Source: Methanobacteriota archaeon (GTDB taxonomy: Archaea; Thermoplasmatota; Poseidoniia; Poseidoniales; Poseidoniaceae). From it: 64,000 nt of DNA. Below are positions 15,301 through 23,784 of the stretch, piece after piece. The notes below the pieces were generated by a model. It worked only from the letters and a program-made list of their open reading frames with translations, searched no databases and had not been told where the DNA came from. Every line of letters begins with the position of its first letter. Positions within the stretch are counted from its first letter, which is position 1. The position numbers were made by a program, and so were the translations under genes. The stretch is taken from assembly GCA_018691345.1 (NCBI GenBank), contig JABGTJ010000039.1:33074-97073 (forward strand). Direction: 5' to 3'.

Positions 15301-16585
15301 GAGAAGATGCACCCGGAGTGAATTGGAATGCTCGAATCCCCCATCCTTCAACTGAATGCCCTGTTGAGGACCATGGTCCAGCCCAGTTGCTGTTGGTGTC
15401 TGTTGGTTGAACACGGCAAAAAGAACCAGAAGAGCACGTTGGCGTCAAGTCCAAGTTCGAGAAACCGTAGATGCCTTGGTCTGAATCAAGAACTGCTGCA
15501 ATTGAAAAGTTCGCAAAGATTTGCCCCATCGTTCTTCCAATTTTTCCGCTTTGGCCGCTCACTGGTGAGATGGCCAGATTTTCAACACCAAGTCCACCGG
15601 TTGCTGAATCCTGGACCAACTGACGAACAGCAGGTCCACCGCCAAGGTGGTCGGCAAGATACATCGTAAAGATGAATCCAGCACCATAGTCTGCGAACCG
15701 TTGATTCCACCATCGAACCGAAAGTTCGGAGGATTGAGTCCACTGGTTAAGGTGGCTTACAAGCGTCGAATCTGCTCCAAAGCAGAGGTAAATTGCGACA
15801 TCAGCGTTACCTTCATCAATCCAGAGATTTTCATATGGGTCTTGAGCATTGTGCAGAAGGTGCTCAAGTTCGTGAGCAAGAATGGATTTACCCCATGAGA
15901 GCGTAACATCTGCGTAATCAACATAGACAGCTTCACGGGCATTGGAGAGTGAAGGAGCAAAGTAACCACCGATGTTGTAGGCGCCATCGATATCGTAAAT
16001 GATGATTTGAACTTGACAATTATTGTCAACATCGGGCGGAGCAAGTCCTCGACCGTCTTGGTAGTCTTTACCGTAGTAAGTGGTCATTGTTGGGTAAATG
16101 GTTTGGTCCCATGAAGAAGCAAGATTGTTGAGAACGGTCGAACTCAAAGTTCGACCAGATTGCACCAGGAACGCTACAGTGGTTGTAGTCTTGGCGACGT
16201 ATGTATCAATGGAACCACCAGAAGTAGGGACCGTCAATTGGTCGTTGACGATGTGAGGGTTACACGCCCTTCCTGCGGCTCGTCCAGAAGTGACTGGCTC
16301 ATATGACATCTCCTCGACTCCAGGTCGACCGGCGTCGATCCATTCCTGTTTGAGGAACGAAAACGCAGATACAACCGGTTGCTCTTCTTCAATCATAAGA
16401 TATTGGTCGCCCATTTCCAGTTCGAAATCAGCCACATCACCGATGACTACGCCACCTGCATCGTAGGGCAGCACCTCGTATGTATCCTCTGATTCGGCAC
16501 TAACGGTTAGAAGAAGAGGAGAGATGCCTGACGCAAAAAGCAGCAGCACTAGGAGCATGGCGGTATTGGAGCGTAGTTCCGACAT
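12383..16585 (-). CDS. Large (1400 aa) cell-surface metallopeptidase: MA-clan (Peptidase_MA-like) HEXXH domain, multiple PKD domains, C-terminal TM anchor and acidic cytoplasmic tail
   Basis: Signal peptide MSELRSNTAMLLVLLLFASGISPLLLTVSAE. The gluzincin motif ILAHELEHLLHNAQDPYENLWIDEGNAD sits around nt 15790-15880. Repeated PKD-like segments include NFGDGTTSG..YNATLRVEDQGG, WNWGDGVIDSG and WDFGDGSPLNSEPTPWHSYSLPGEYTVSLTVRDAFG. The C-terminus carries a TM helix (LATLVALISVALILGWLV) followed by a D/E-rich tail. Confidence 0.75.
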   Translation of the reverse strand: MSELRSNTAMLLVLLLFASGISPLLLTVSAESEDTYEVLPYDAGGVVIGDVADFELEMGDQYLMIEEEQPVVSAFSFLKQEWIDAGRPGVEEMSYEPVTSGRAAGRACNPHIVNDQLTVPTSGGSIDTYVAKTTTTVAFLVQSGRTLSSTVLNNLASSWDQTIYPTMTTYYGKDYQDGRGLAPPDVDNNCQVQIIIYDIDGAYNIGGYFAPSLSNAREAVYVDYADVTLSWGKSILAHELEHLLHNAQDPYENLWIDEGNADVAIYLCFGADSTLVSHLNQWTQSSELSVRWWNQRFADYGAGFIFTMYLADHLGGGPAVRQLVQDSATGGLGVENLAISPVSGQSGKIGRTMGQIFANFSIAAVLDSDQGIYGFSNLDLTPTCSSGSFCRVQPTDTNSNWAGPWSSTGHSVEGWGIRAFQFTPGASSPAPLTMRLTADVSQFDGVVVSKATADGLWSVTDLDFQSNVATALIPGFGNLTNEVWAITWYASTVADCDYTSCGPSYPQGTVDIEAARITSPATLTLNNTVLSDRDGDGASDTAQINYQVFSNAFFEDLDVTTKVLDSSGIVIDTQTKRVSAGGGVPTEESIWFTAPKNSQFTFEMEMTDMIGTTVDTLSTSPQILDNMKPTANGTVAPNESQTWENIQFTGDGFDAWGLSFDNNSLPYSDSPVAYAWNFGDGTTSGLKSPLRSYEDIGLYNATLRVEDQGGSWSDVDVLQLNITDISPPVPLITVNGVVIENQVSILTEQLILFSASLTSDNVPTQNLTFEWNWGDGVIDSGIGLFQAPHEWGDINGVNATYDLTLTVSDGINLGVKSIEVIVNNRIPYQIFSDNLSTSTYNSIVMPDVFKDDDGSIVSYAWFFPEGVNLGVGVSDRNDDFTQTTSSQSNPMPSWDTPGIKSAELTVTDDDGSSVSTALSILVLNQIPVADFVVKTTSSGTALIDFRVEDGQVETPYTFDGRDSFDPDGTVGDSSDLTYNWSFSDDGTFGSSPQVTHTFSLPGTHTVVLVVTDEAGAESIARVLTVEIANPLPIISVRILDAWYNEEQMTDSSSLPEVTDLDWSRTFNEADETFAAPHALLYFDSDGTRDGDQTFEGKYVPLDTNSPNWNGIVQYTWDFGDGSPLNSEPTPWHSYSLPGEYTVSLTVRDAFGTGDVSRSLFTVVVDHPPIIHDIFIQEEIIVTDSYSISANISDIESDLAIAVYRDTNVNDGSISDRDETLSPELVIRWDLDIEVDANENGDPADDWIDPIAGSESRVSGSWDEVGLYTIRLEVCDSVGICDRMDLEIEVSPEPSDPPSLSDFSVEDWKSWLTDAGSDLATLVALISVALILGWLVMREPSDLEDEAKQAAEAYTDVEHVESQGGLLGMDHHTPPPAPGILSKDERRSDDSGYIRPLRRRS

Positions 16586-16672
16586 TTATGGCACCTCAAA
16601 GAACAGCAAGACTGCTAACATCTACACCAGTCGAAAAGAGGTATTTAAGAGTGGGTCTATGAGGCTTCATTC

Positions 16673-17947
16673 ATGCTCATGCGCAAACCGACGGTTTTGA
16701 CAGCCAGTTGGAGAAAACAAACAATTGCAACACTCCTCATTCTGTGTGTATGCAGTGTCCCATTTACCGCTCAAGCAGACAAGGTATATTCACCCTACCA
16801 ACCCGTAGAAATGTGTGAATACGTCGATGATTTGACGTTCAATGGAACCTTAGCGAACCAATCGGTTCAGTGGCAGTCAAGTCTCGGGCCTCGAACAATC
16901 GGCTCTGAAGCCGCTGCAATATTCCGTTCATCGGTTGAAGAAAATCTGACTGAATGGAACCAAGAAAACTTGCCACAATGGAACGTAAGCATGCATGAAT
17001 ACACTGTTCAAAACCTTACCTTCACCAACATACAAGCATCATTGAGGCCAGCCAACTACAGCGAGACTACGCCAAGAATTGTCTTGGTCGCCCACTACGA
17101 CAGCAGAGATGCCGCTGAACGAGACCCTGATCTGAATCGCACAGGCGAACCAATTATCGGCGCCAACGACGGAGCCAGTGGCGCTGCAGCACTCCTCGAA
17201 TTAGCTCGAATCATTCCGCCAATGCAACTTGAATATGAGGTCGAATTGTTGTGGACCGATGCAGAGGACAAGAACCACACACCTCACACCTTCTTTGGTG
17301 CTGACGCTTGGGGTGCAGACCAAACCCAAGTTGACATCAACCGTACCGATGCATACATCGTTCTGGACATGATTGGCGATGCTGACCTTCAATTGACCCA
17401 CATCTGGCCTGGAAATGGTTCGCTGTGGAGCACCATAACCCCACTCGCACAGTCACTCGGTATGGTCGAAAATCATCCCGATTGTAAGGGAACCCCCGGC
17501 GTAAAGATTCTTGACATGAACACCTCATTCGGGGTATCTGATGACCACCTCGCTGCACTTGCGATTGGCATCCCAGCTATCGATCTTATCGATATTCGAT
17601 TCGGACCAAATGCTACTGCGTTCGGAGGATACTGGCACACCCATGAAGACACACCAGACAAAGTGAGTGCAGAATCGCTGCAAACGGTGGGAAGATTAGT
17701 GGAATTAGGGCTCAAAAGCAACGCTTGGATTTGGAACTCTTCGATTCGCCAAAGTGCCGAAGAAACACAAGAACCGGAAGCGGAGTCGGAGACTGAAGAT
17801 GAACTCAATGAGGTCAATGAGGTCAAGGATGACAAACTGGAGTCGAAATCATACCCGTTCTTGGCTTTCATCGGTGGCTCTTCGGTGGCGATTTTACTTG
17901 TGGGCATCCTGGCTTTAAATTGGAAAATTAGAAAAACAGTGAAGTGA
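16673..17947 (+). CDS. M28-family Zn aminopeptidase, secreted and C-terminally membrane-anchored
   Basis: It has a signal peptide and the M28 motifs VLVAHYDSRD, GANDGASGAAALLELAR and ELLWTDAEDK. The C-terminal TM segment is YPFLAFIGGSSVAILLVGILAL. It is divergent from the PKD peptidase, with a shared 87-bp promoter region. Confidence 0.75.
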   Translation: MLMRKPTVLTASWRKQTIATLLILCVCSVPFTAQADKVYSPYQPVEMCEYVDDLTFNGTLANQSVQWQSSLGPRTIGSEAAAIFRSSVEENLTEWNQENLPQWNVSMHEYTVQNLTFTNIQASLRPANYSETTPRIVLVAHYDSRDAAERDPDLNRTGEPIIGANDGASGAAALLELARIIPPMQLEYEVELLWTDAEDKNHTPHTFFGADAWGADQTQVDINRTDAYIVLDMIGDADLQLTHIWPGNGSLWSTITPLAQSLGMVENHPDCKGTPGVKILDMNTSFGVSDDHLAALAIGIPAIDLIDIRFGPNATAFGGYWHTHEDTPDKVSAESLQTVGRLVELGLKSNAWIWNSSIRQSAEETQEPEAESETEDELNEVNEVKDDKLESKSYPFLAFIGGSSVAILLVGILALNWKIRKTVK

Positions 17948-17995
17948 ATTGGCGCGGCCAATGAAGGGAAGGGTATTATCCGCGCATGAACTGAC

Positions 17996-18898
17996 ATGGA
18001 CAAGGCGGAGGTGAGTACTGTGGATGAAACTGAGATGGAAGAACGGCGCGCAGCCCTGCGCTCCCGCGTTCAATCGCAACTCGAAGCATCACAGGCTGCA
18101 ACCGAATCTCGGAAGCAAGCAGTAAGTGAAGAGTTGATTGTTGAATCATCTGAACTTGAACGAGCAGTGGAAAAAGCGACCGTGTTGTTTCAAGAAAAAA
18201 TCGATGAACTCGATCACTCTGACCGTTCAAGAATTCTTACACTTGCAGCCTCATTAATTTTGATTGGAAGTATTTTCGGCATGGCAACCGGTGCGTTAAT
18301 TCTCAACGGTAACCCAGATGAATTATTGAACTCCACGCTCTTTGAAACAACGGATACGGTGGATGTGACTGGATTAGCAGTCGAGGCTGTAGAAGGAAAC
18401 GGCGTTGAAAATGTAACGATACAATTGCTTCGCTTTGGAACCGAGGAGATAATAGGGGATACTTTGACGGATGATTACGGTTATTTTAGTTTCAAAAATG
18501 TACTCACTCAACCCACCACAATGAAAGTCATTGCAAACGGGTACGTCACAGTCGAGCGTGATTTCGTTCCAGAAGAAGCGGGTGTCCGGCCCATCACAAT
18601 GACGCCTGGAGACGGAGTACGGTACGAAAACCACATCGCAAACAACGACGGTTGGACTTTAGAATCAGCAGTTGGGCTTTCAACAGCCATAGGTGTGATT
18701 ACCGTGATTACGGCTTTTATTGGCTTCCAAGCTGCGGTTGAAGTTCGACGAGCAAAACACTACCGAAGAACACAGTACTTAGCAGGCATTTCTCTTTTCA
18801 GTCGCGGCCTCATTGTTTTTGGACCACTCCTTATCTTGATTGGAATGATTATGCTGGTCATCGCCAAGGAACAATTTAGCGATGTTGGTGATGATTGA
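17996..18898 (+). CDS. Membrane protein with a carboxypeptidase-regulatory-like (transthyretin-like) extracytoplasmic domain
   Basis: Starts with a coiled-coil, then a TM segment (LAASLILIGSIFGMATGALIL), then a beta-rich segment VEGNGVENVTIQLL..DDYGYFSF..KVIANGYV, and finally two more TM segments. Confidence 0.5.
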   Translation: MDKAEVSTVDETEMEERRAALRSRVQSQLEASQAATESRKQAVSEELIVESSELERAVEKATVLFQEKIDELDHSDRSRILTLAASLILIGSIFGMATGALILNGNPDELLNSTLFETTDTVDVTGLAVEAVEGNGVENVTIQLLRFGTEEIIGDTLTDDYGYFSFKNVLTQPTTMKVIANGYVTVERDFVPEEAGVRPITMTPGDGVRYENHIANNDGWTLESAVGLSTAIGVITVITAFIGFQAAVEVRRAKHYRRTQYLAGISLFSRGLIVFGPLLILIGMIMLVIAKEQFSDVGDD

Positions 18899-20256
18899 TG
18901 TACCTCATCACGGTTGAAGGCGGTGACGGTTCGGGAAAAGGCGAGGCTGCTCGAATACTGCTCGAACTGGCTGCCGAATACCCATTTCCTGAAGTCCACG
19001 CCACACACGAACCGAGAAGGCACAGTGAACTAGGTAAGTTGGCGCTTACATCGGTTAAACTCGGCAACAAAACTCCGCTCGAAGAAGCAGGCCTCTTTGC
19101 CGCAGATCGACTCGACCATTCCCACACGTGGATTCGGCCATTGTTGCAAAAAGGAGATATTGTCATCTCCGACAGAAACATCCACTCCTCACTCATTTAC
19201 CAAGGAATTGTTGGTGACCTCGGTGTCGAACAGGTGGCTAAAATGAATGCTGCTGCAATGATTCCAGACCTCGTGCTCTGGATTGATTGTGACCCGGACA
19301 AAGCAATGAAGCGAATTGAATCCGGAACTTTGAGAATGAACAGTGAAAAGCAAGAATACTTCGAAACTGCTGAGATTCAACGTACGATTCGCAAAGGATT
19401 CATCGATTTACTTTCAGGAGACATCAAAGCACCTTCACCATTTGACAAATGCAATGTTGTTGGCCCGATTTTGAATGAAGGTGGATTGGATGAACTGAAA
19501 AAGAAATTACGTAAGGAACTGCGTGCATTTTTCAATCGAAAACCAGCACCTTTGAACGTCGTCGCAGATGAAGTGGACCGATACCTCCTTCGAACACTGG
19601 TTGCCGATGTCAAAAAACAGACTCGCCTCCCAGGTGCACCTCAAGAAAAAACGGGAATCCACATTGGATGGTTGTCTGGACGTTCGCCTGCTGAATGGAT
19701 GAAGTATGCCGAAGAAAAATGGGATTCAGAGCATGCAGGTGGTTTTGATGTGCCTGCAGCTCCTCACGCCCACTCATGTTGGTCGGTTCTTGGAACACTT
19801 TCCCTAATTGTGGGCTCGTGTGAAGTCCCTCGTCTTCACAAGGCCTTTGGACCTCATCGAATGGTAACACAACGCCATACTCAACGCCTCATCAAGTGGC
19901 TTGAAAAAACACGATGGATTCACAAACAGCAATCACACGTCCCGTTTGCAGAAGCTCAAGTCTTCAAACTCCGCGACAGCCGTTTGGGATATGGCAGGCT
20001 TGCCCTGGCGATGTGGCCATTACGCTCCAACCTTGCCTCTTGGAGAAGAGCTAACCCCGATGCCGACTGGGAAACTGCATTGCGTTCACTGCTCGTTCCA
20101 GAAGAAGGAAGGCAACCTCGACCGTCGATACGCAAGGCAATCGAACACATCTGCAAACGATTGGAGATGTTAAGCAGCGGCCATGAAAACTGCCCGGTTC
20201 CAACTACCATCGAGGAGATTTTGGCATGGTGGGAAACTCCACCTCCAAAGCCGTGA
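18895..20256 (+). CDS. tmk: Thymidylate-kinase-like protein with an atypical P-loop and a ~240-aa C-terminal extension of unknown function
   Basis: The N-terminal ~210 aa carry Tmk motifs: ITVEGGDGSGKGE (P-loop ending K-G rather than K-S/T), THEP and DRNIHSSLIYQG. The C-terminal half (from about residue 215) matches nothing I recognise. There is an ATGA start/stop overlap with the upstream gene. Confidence 0.7.
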   Translation: MMYLITVEGGDGSGKGEAARILLELAAEYPFPEVHATHEPRRHSELGKLALTSVKLGNKTPLEEAGLFAADRLDHSHTWIRPLLQKGDIVISDRNIHSSLIYQGIVGDLGVEQVAKMNAAAMIPDLVLWIDCDPDKAMKRIESGTLRMNSEKQEYFETAEIQRTIRKGFIDLLSGDIKAPSPFDKCNVVGPILNEGGLDELKKKLRKELRAFFNRKPAPLNVVADEVDRYLLRTLVADVKKQTRLPGAPQEKTGIHIGWLSGRSPAEWMKYAEEKWDSEHAGGFDVPAAPHAHSCWSVLGTLSLIVGSCEVPRLHKAFGPHRMVTQRHTQRLIKWLEKTRWIHKQQSHVPFAEAQVFKLRDSRLGYGRLALAMWPLRSNLASWRRANPDADWETALRSLLVPEEGRQPRPSIRKAIEHICKRLEMLSSGHENCPVPTTIEEILAWWETPPPKP

Positions 20257-21039
20257 TCACTCTTCTTCTTTTTGAAGTTCAAACTTAGCGTTGGCTGGCA
20301 AAATTACTTCACTTGCATTCTTGAAGAATGTCGGGCGAGCAGAGTATGCAGCAGCGGTCAAAATTGCAATTCCAAACCCGAACGGCGCACCCGTCAATGG
20401 CCGAGTGAAATTATTTGATTCATATCCTGAGAGCAATTGTGTAAAGCCATCAATCAACAAAGGGAGACAGAGTAGACTTCCCAAACCAATCCAAGCCAAG
20501 GTTCTGCGATTATTTCTATAGATTCCTTCAAGCCAAGAATCCGGAAGTAGAGAAAGGCATGAATCCCGCACGGTCCATCGATTGTAGCCAAACCTTGAAT
20601 ACACTAAACCACCCATTGCAAGACCAAAGAAAATACCGACGTCACGGGTACAGACTGGCATCTGATTCTCATTGAGCACCCATGACCTTTCGTGTTTGTT
20701 GTGGCAATTGAGATCTCCAAACATGTAGATGAATCCACTGTAAGGGTCAAGTTCTGTCCAAGCAAACGGCTCGTGCAGATGAATCGAGCCATCCTCGTGG
20801 ACATGCCTCAAACCATCTTGTGAATTACCACCAGAGAAAGCACCGTCTGCGGTTGCATAATCAAGTGCGTTTGCACGTGCACCAAGTTCAGGGACACTAC
20901 CTGTCGGTAGGAGAAAAGGAGTAAGGAAAAAAGAAACGAAGAAAAAAGTGCTGACACCGAACACCCACAAACCTACCTTCCGCTCTCTGTGACGGTCTGC
21001 CAAACCGTTTTTCTCCATGATATCAACGCAATGGCTCAC
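20257..21039 (-). CDS. DUF2085-family membrane protein
   Basis: Motif CHNKHERSWVLNENQMPVCTRDVGIFFGLAMGG fits the CH-x-ERSF...C-x-RC-x-GIY-x-G pattern. It has several TM helices. Its stop abuts the tmk-like stop, in convergent orientation. Confidence 0.55.
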   Translation of the reverse strand: MSHCVDIMEKNGLADRHRERKVGLWVFGVSTFFFVSFFLTPFLLPTGSVPELGARANALDYATADGAFSGGNSQDGLRHVHEDGSIHLHEPFAWTELDPYSGFIYMFGDLNCHNKHERSWVLNENQMPVCTRDVGIFFGLAMGGLVYSRFGYNRWTVRDSCLSLLPDSWLEGIYRNNRRTLAWIGLGSLLCLPLLIDGFTQLLSGYESNNFTRPLTGAPFGFGIAILTAAAYSARPTFFKNASEVILPANAKFELQKEEE

Positions 21040-21736
21040 AACTCATGAAGTTTGGCTCGGACAAATGCGAGTATTGATGAGCAGTGCCAGCCTCGATGAG
21101 AACATGACCGCGAAGGAGGGTGAACCGGTTGGCTTGGGAACTGGATTGCAAGCCGGGGCATTTATGGGGCTCTATCTCGGATTCAGTTTATCGGTTGTAT
21201 CCGTGCTGACCGACCCCAGTCAACTGCAACGACTGGTAACCCTCATGTGCATACCACCTATGCTTGGAGCGATAATTTTGGGACCTTTCCTTGGACGAAG
21301 AAGGCGCCCGGTATTCCTCGGTAGTAAGCCGCTTCAAGTTGCGCGTGAACTGTTGAATCCATACAACGAAGGTCGAGGACACTGGCGGGTATTAAGCCAC
21401 GTCAAAAGCGATGGAATGTCCATACGAATCGACATGCACAACCTCACCAACATCGTCGGAGTCGTCGACGCAGCTCTGGAACTTGCAGACCATCACACGG
21501 TACGATTCATCGTCGGTCAAGGAGTGGCAAACAGTCGCCAGCCTGAACTTCGTGCAAAGGTACTCAATAGAATCGAAGATAAAGTGAACATATCGCGCAG
21601 AAAACGGAGCGCCAAATCCATAGAAGTTTCACCAGAGCCGACGGTAAAATATGTTGACCAACAGAGGAAAATCAACCGTGCAATTTTGATACTTTTACCT
21701 ATCTTTTCGTTCTTCGCTTGGCTTGAAATGCGTTAA
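21017..21736 (+). CDS. Membrane protein with a C-terminal Smr domain
   Basis: TM helices (GAFMGLYLGFSLSVVSVL, IPPMLGAIILGPFLG) are followed by the Smr-like segment IRIDMHNLTNIVGVVDAALELADHHTVRFIVGQGVANSRQPELRAKVLNRIE. The true start is probably an internal Met around 21065-21104, because the annotated 5' end overlaps the divergent gene. Confidence 0.45.
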   Translation: MISTQWLTTHEVWLGQMRVLMSSASLDENMTAKEGEPVGLGTGLQAGAFMGLYLGFSLSVVSVLTDPSQLQRLVTLMCIPPMLGAIILGPFLGRRRRPVFLGSKPLQVARELLNPYNEGRGHWRVLSHVKSDGMSIRIDMHNLTNIVGVVDAALELADHHTVRFIVGQGVANSRQPELRAKVLNRIEDKVNISRRKRSAKSIEVSPEPTVKYVDQQRKINRAILILLPIFSFFAWLEMR

Positions 21737-21774
21737 CTGGCCGGGATATTACTTATATCATCGAGCAAAGTAGA

Positions 21775-22707
21775 ATGTTTATGCGCGAGGTTACATTCTT
21801 TTGGAAGTTTAATCGTATCGAACATTTAGATATCGGTTTAGTCGTCAAAATCTTCCGCCGAATCGAATTTTTATCCTATGTCAAAAGAGTCCCAAAAGAT
21901 GTTCGCTGCCTCATGAAATGCCACTTTGCAGATGGAAAAGGACCTGAAGATATTTCTGACTTGTACTTCGTTGATTATCTGGAGACCATTGTGAAGCCTG
22001 ATGCTCCTGACGAACCGTACATTCTCATGCTACGATTCAATCACTCTCTAACGAATTTGAATGCACGAACCAACGGAACAAGCGCTGTTCCTAACGAATG
22101 TTATCTTGACGGAGAAGGACTCCGATACACGCTTCAAGGACCTAAGTTGAAACTACGCCTAATTTCAGGCTTAGCGCGAATGATAGCGAAACCTGACCGC
22201 GTGAGCGCACGTAGCATCCATACATCACTCAGCAACCAAAACGGGGGATTATCATCAAAACAAATGAAATTTGCCAAATTTGCATACGATCAAGGGTATT
22301 TTGAAATTCCAAAAAGAACGCGGATTTCTGATTTAGCCGATGAATTGGGACTTGCTCGGGCAACGGTATCCGAACACATGGCCAAAATTGAATCAACGGT
22401 CATGGATGATATGTTTTCATCGTTGAACAATGTCTATCTTTCTCCCGAATCCATCCGTCAATGCATCGAAACGATGGTCATCGATGCTCGAGATATTGGT
22501 TTTTCTGACACAGATGGTTTTCGCGAAATGATGAGCTTAATGCGTACGAATCTTGAAGATGAACTTACAGCTCAAGAATTGTACCTCCAAAAACGACACG
22601 GTAGCGATGATGAGCTCATTCAAGCGAGCATGGATGAACATCGCCAAAACCTCACTCATATCGATGAAATACTCAGGTCGAAAGAGTTCCAAACTGCAAC
22701 CATTTGA
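21775..22707 (+). CDS. Transcriptional regulator with an HTH_10 (bacterio-opsin-activator type) DNA-binding domain
   Basis: The segment LSSKQMKFAKFAYDQGYFEIPKRTRISDLADELGLARATVSEHMAKIE is a typical Bat-type HTH. The N-terminal ~180 aa sensor region is unassigned. Confidence 0.65.
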   Translation: MFMREVTFFWKFNRIEHLDIGLVVKIFRRIEFLSYVKRVPKDVRCLMKCHFADGKGPEDISDLYFVDYLETIVKPDAPDEPYILMLRFNHSLTNLNARTNGTSAVPNECYLDGEGLRYTLQGPKLKLRLISGLARMIAKPDRVSARSIHTSLSNQNGGLSSKQMKFAKFAYDQGYFEIPKRTRISDLADELGLARATVSEHMAKIESTVMDDMFSSLNNVYLSPESIRQCIETMVIDARDIGFSDTDGFREMMSLMRTNLEDELTAQELYLQKRHGSDDELIQASMDEHRQNLTHIDEILRSKEFQTATI

Positions 22708-22755
22708 GATGTATCAAGCCCATCCTTTACATGGGCCGGGGATTTTAACACATCC

Positions 22756-23742
22756 ATGACGGACATGTCTGCCCTGCTACGGCGCCTCGAAAAGGGCGGA
22801 ATCGAAGTTCCAGCGCACGTCTACAAAGCCATGCTTGAAGTCGATGTTGCCGACTTTACAGACTATGATGTCGAGCCGTTTTTTGCTGACCGCCCGATTC
22901 CATTCCTTGAAACTGATGAAGGTGGCGTGAAGACCATTTCAGCACCGCACATGATTGCTACTTTATTGCACCATCTGGAATTATCAGAAGGGCAAGAGGT
23001 CGTGGTTCTCGGCGCAAAAGGAGGCTATATCGCAGCATTGGTTGCCATGATTGTTGGTGAGTACGGTAGAGTCCGCTTGCTTGACCCCTCGCAATTGGCT
23101 ATCGAGCACGTCCAATCTCGACTCACGCATTGGCCAACCGTTGAATCTCGAGTCTTGGAAGCGGTTGAAGTCGCGCCTGTTGCATTCCCTGGAGAATTGA
23201 ACCGCGTGTTGATCACCGGACAAATTCGTCAGTTACCAGAATGGCTCTCTTCTCGAATTGTCGATGGAGGATTTGCTCTTGCTCCGCTTGGTAACACTGC
23301 AGGACAACATTTGATGAAAGTCGAACGCCAGGGCGATGAGATGTTCTCAACAGACTTAGGACCGGTATCCTTTGGCCCTATTGATGTAAAGGATACTGAA
23401 ACTGGCCCGATGAACCCCTATGAACTGGCAGATTTACTCGAATTAACGCTCGAGACATGTGAAGAACTCGACATGGCTGATGAAGACGAGCGCATTGCTC
23501 TGCAAGACTTGATTGTCGAACTGCGCCTACTTCCCGCAGATTTACCCCCTCCGGGCGAAGGCGGCACCTCAATGGGTGAACACCCTATGTTTCAGTTGAT
23601 GTGGGAGGCTGCTCCTTCTTTCCTGCGCCTTTGGCCAATGGTGCAATTGATGTTGCGTCCAAACCTTGCTCAACCCGGTGCAGAAGATTGGAATGGAGAC
23701 GATGACGATGAGAGTCACCATTTTGACGAGTTTAAGCGCTAG
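22756..23742 (+). CDS. pcm: Protein-L-isoaspartate O-methyltransferase-like protein with a degenerate SAM motif I and an acidic C-terminal extension
   Basis: The protein is PIMT-like throughout: TISAPHMIATLL and VVVLGAKGGYIAALVAMIVG, where the canonical sequence would be VLEIGTGSGY. A ~100-aa D/E-rich C-terminal extension is present. Confidence 0.6.
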   Translation: MTDMSALLRRLEKGGIEVPAHVYKAMLEVDVADFTDYDVEPFFADRPIPFLETDEGGVKTISAPHMIATLLHHLELSEGQEVVVLGAKGGYIAALVAMIVGEYGRVRLLDPSQLAIEHVQSRLTHWPTVESRVLEAVEVAPVAFPGELNRVLITGQIRQLPEWLSSRIVDGGFALAPLGNTAGQHLMKVERQGDEMFSTDLGPVSFGPIDVKDTETGPMNPYELADLLELTLETCEELDMADEDERIALQDLIVELRLLPADLPPPGEGGTSMGEHPMFQLMWEAAPSFLRLWPMVQLMLRPNLAQPGAEDWNGDDDDESHHFDEFKR

Positions 23743-23784
23743 AGTGATGCACACCCCTATGAGTCACCGTCTACACGGTGCTTC

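Noticed and set aside
12383-16585. Treating the 1400-aa PKD protein as an S-layer protein or halomucin-like giant
   Set aside because: The HEXXH gluzincin motif and the PKD repeats point to a protease or adhesin. There are no S-layer motifs, so I kept the peptidase call.
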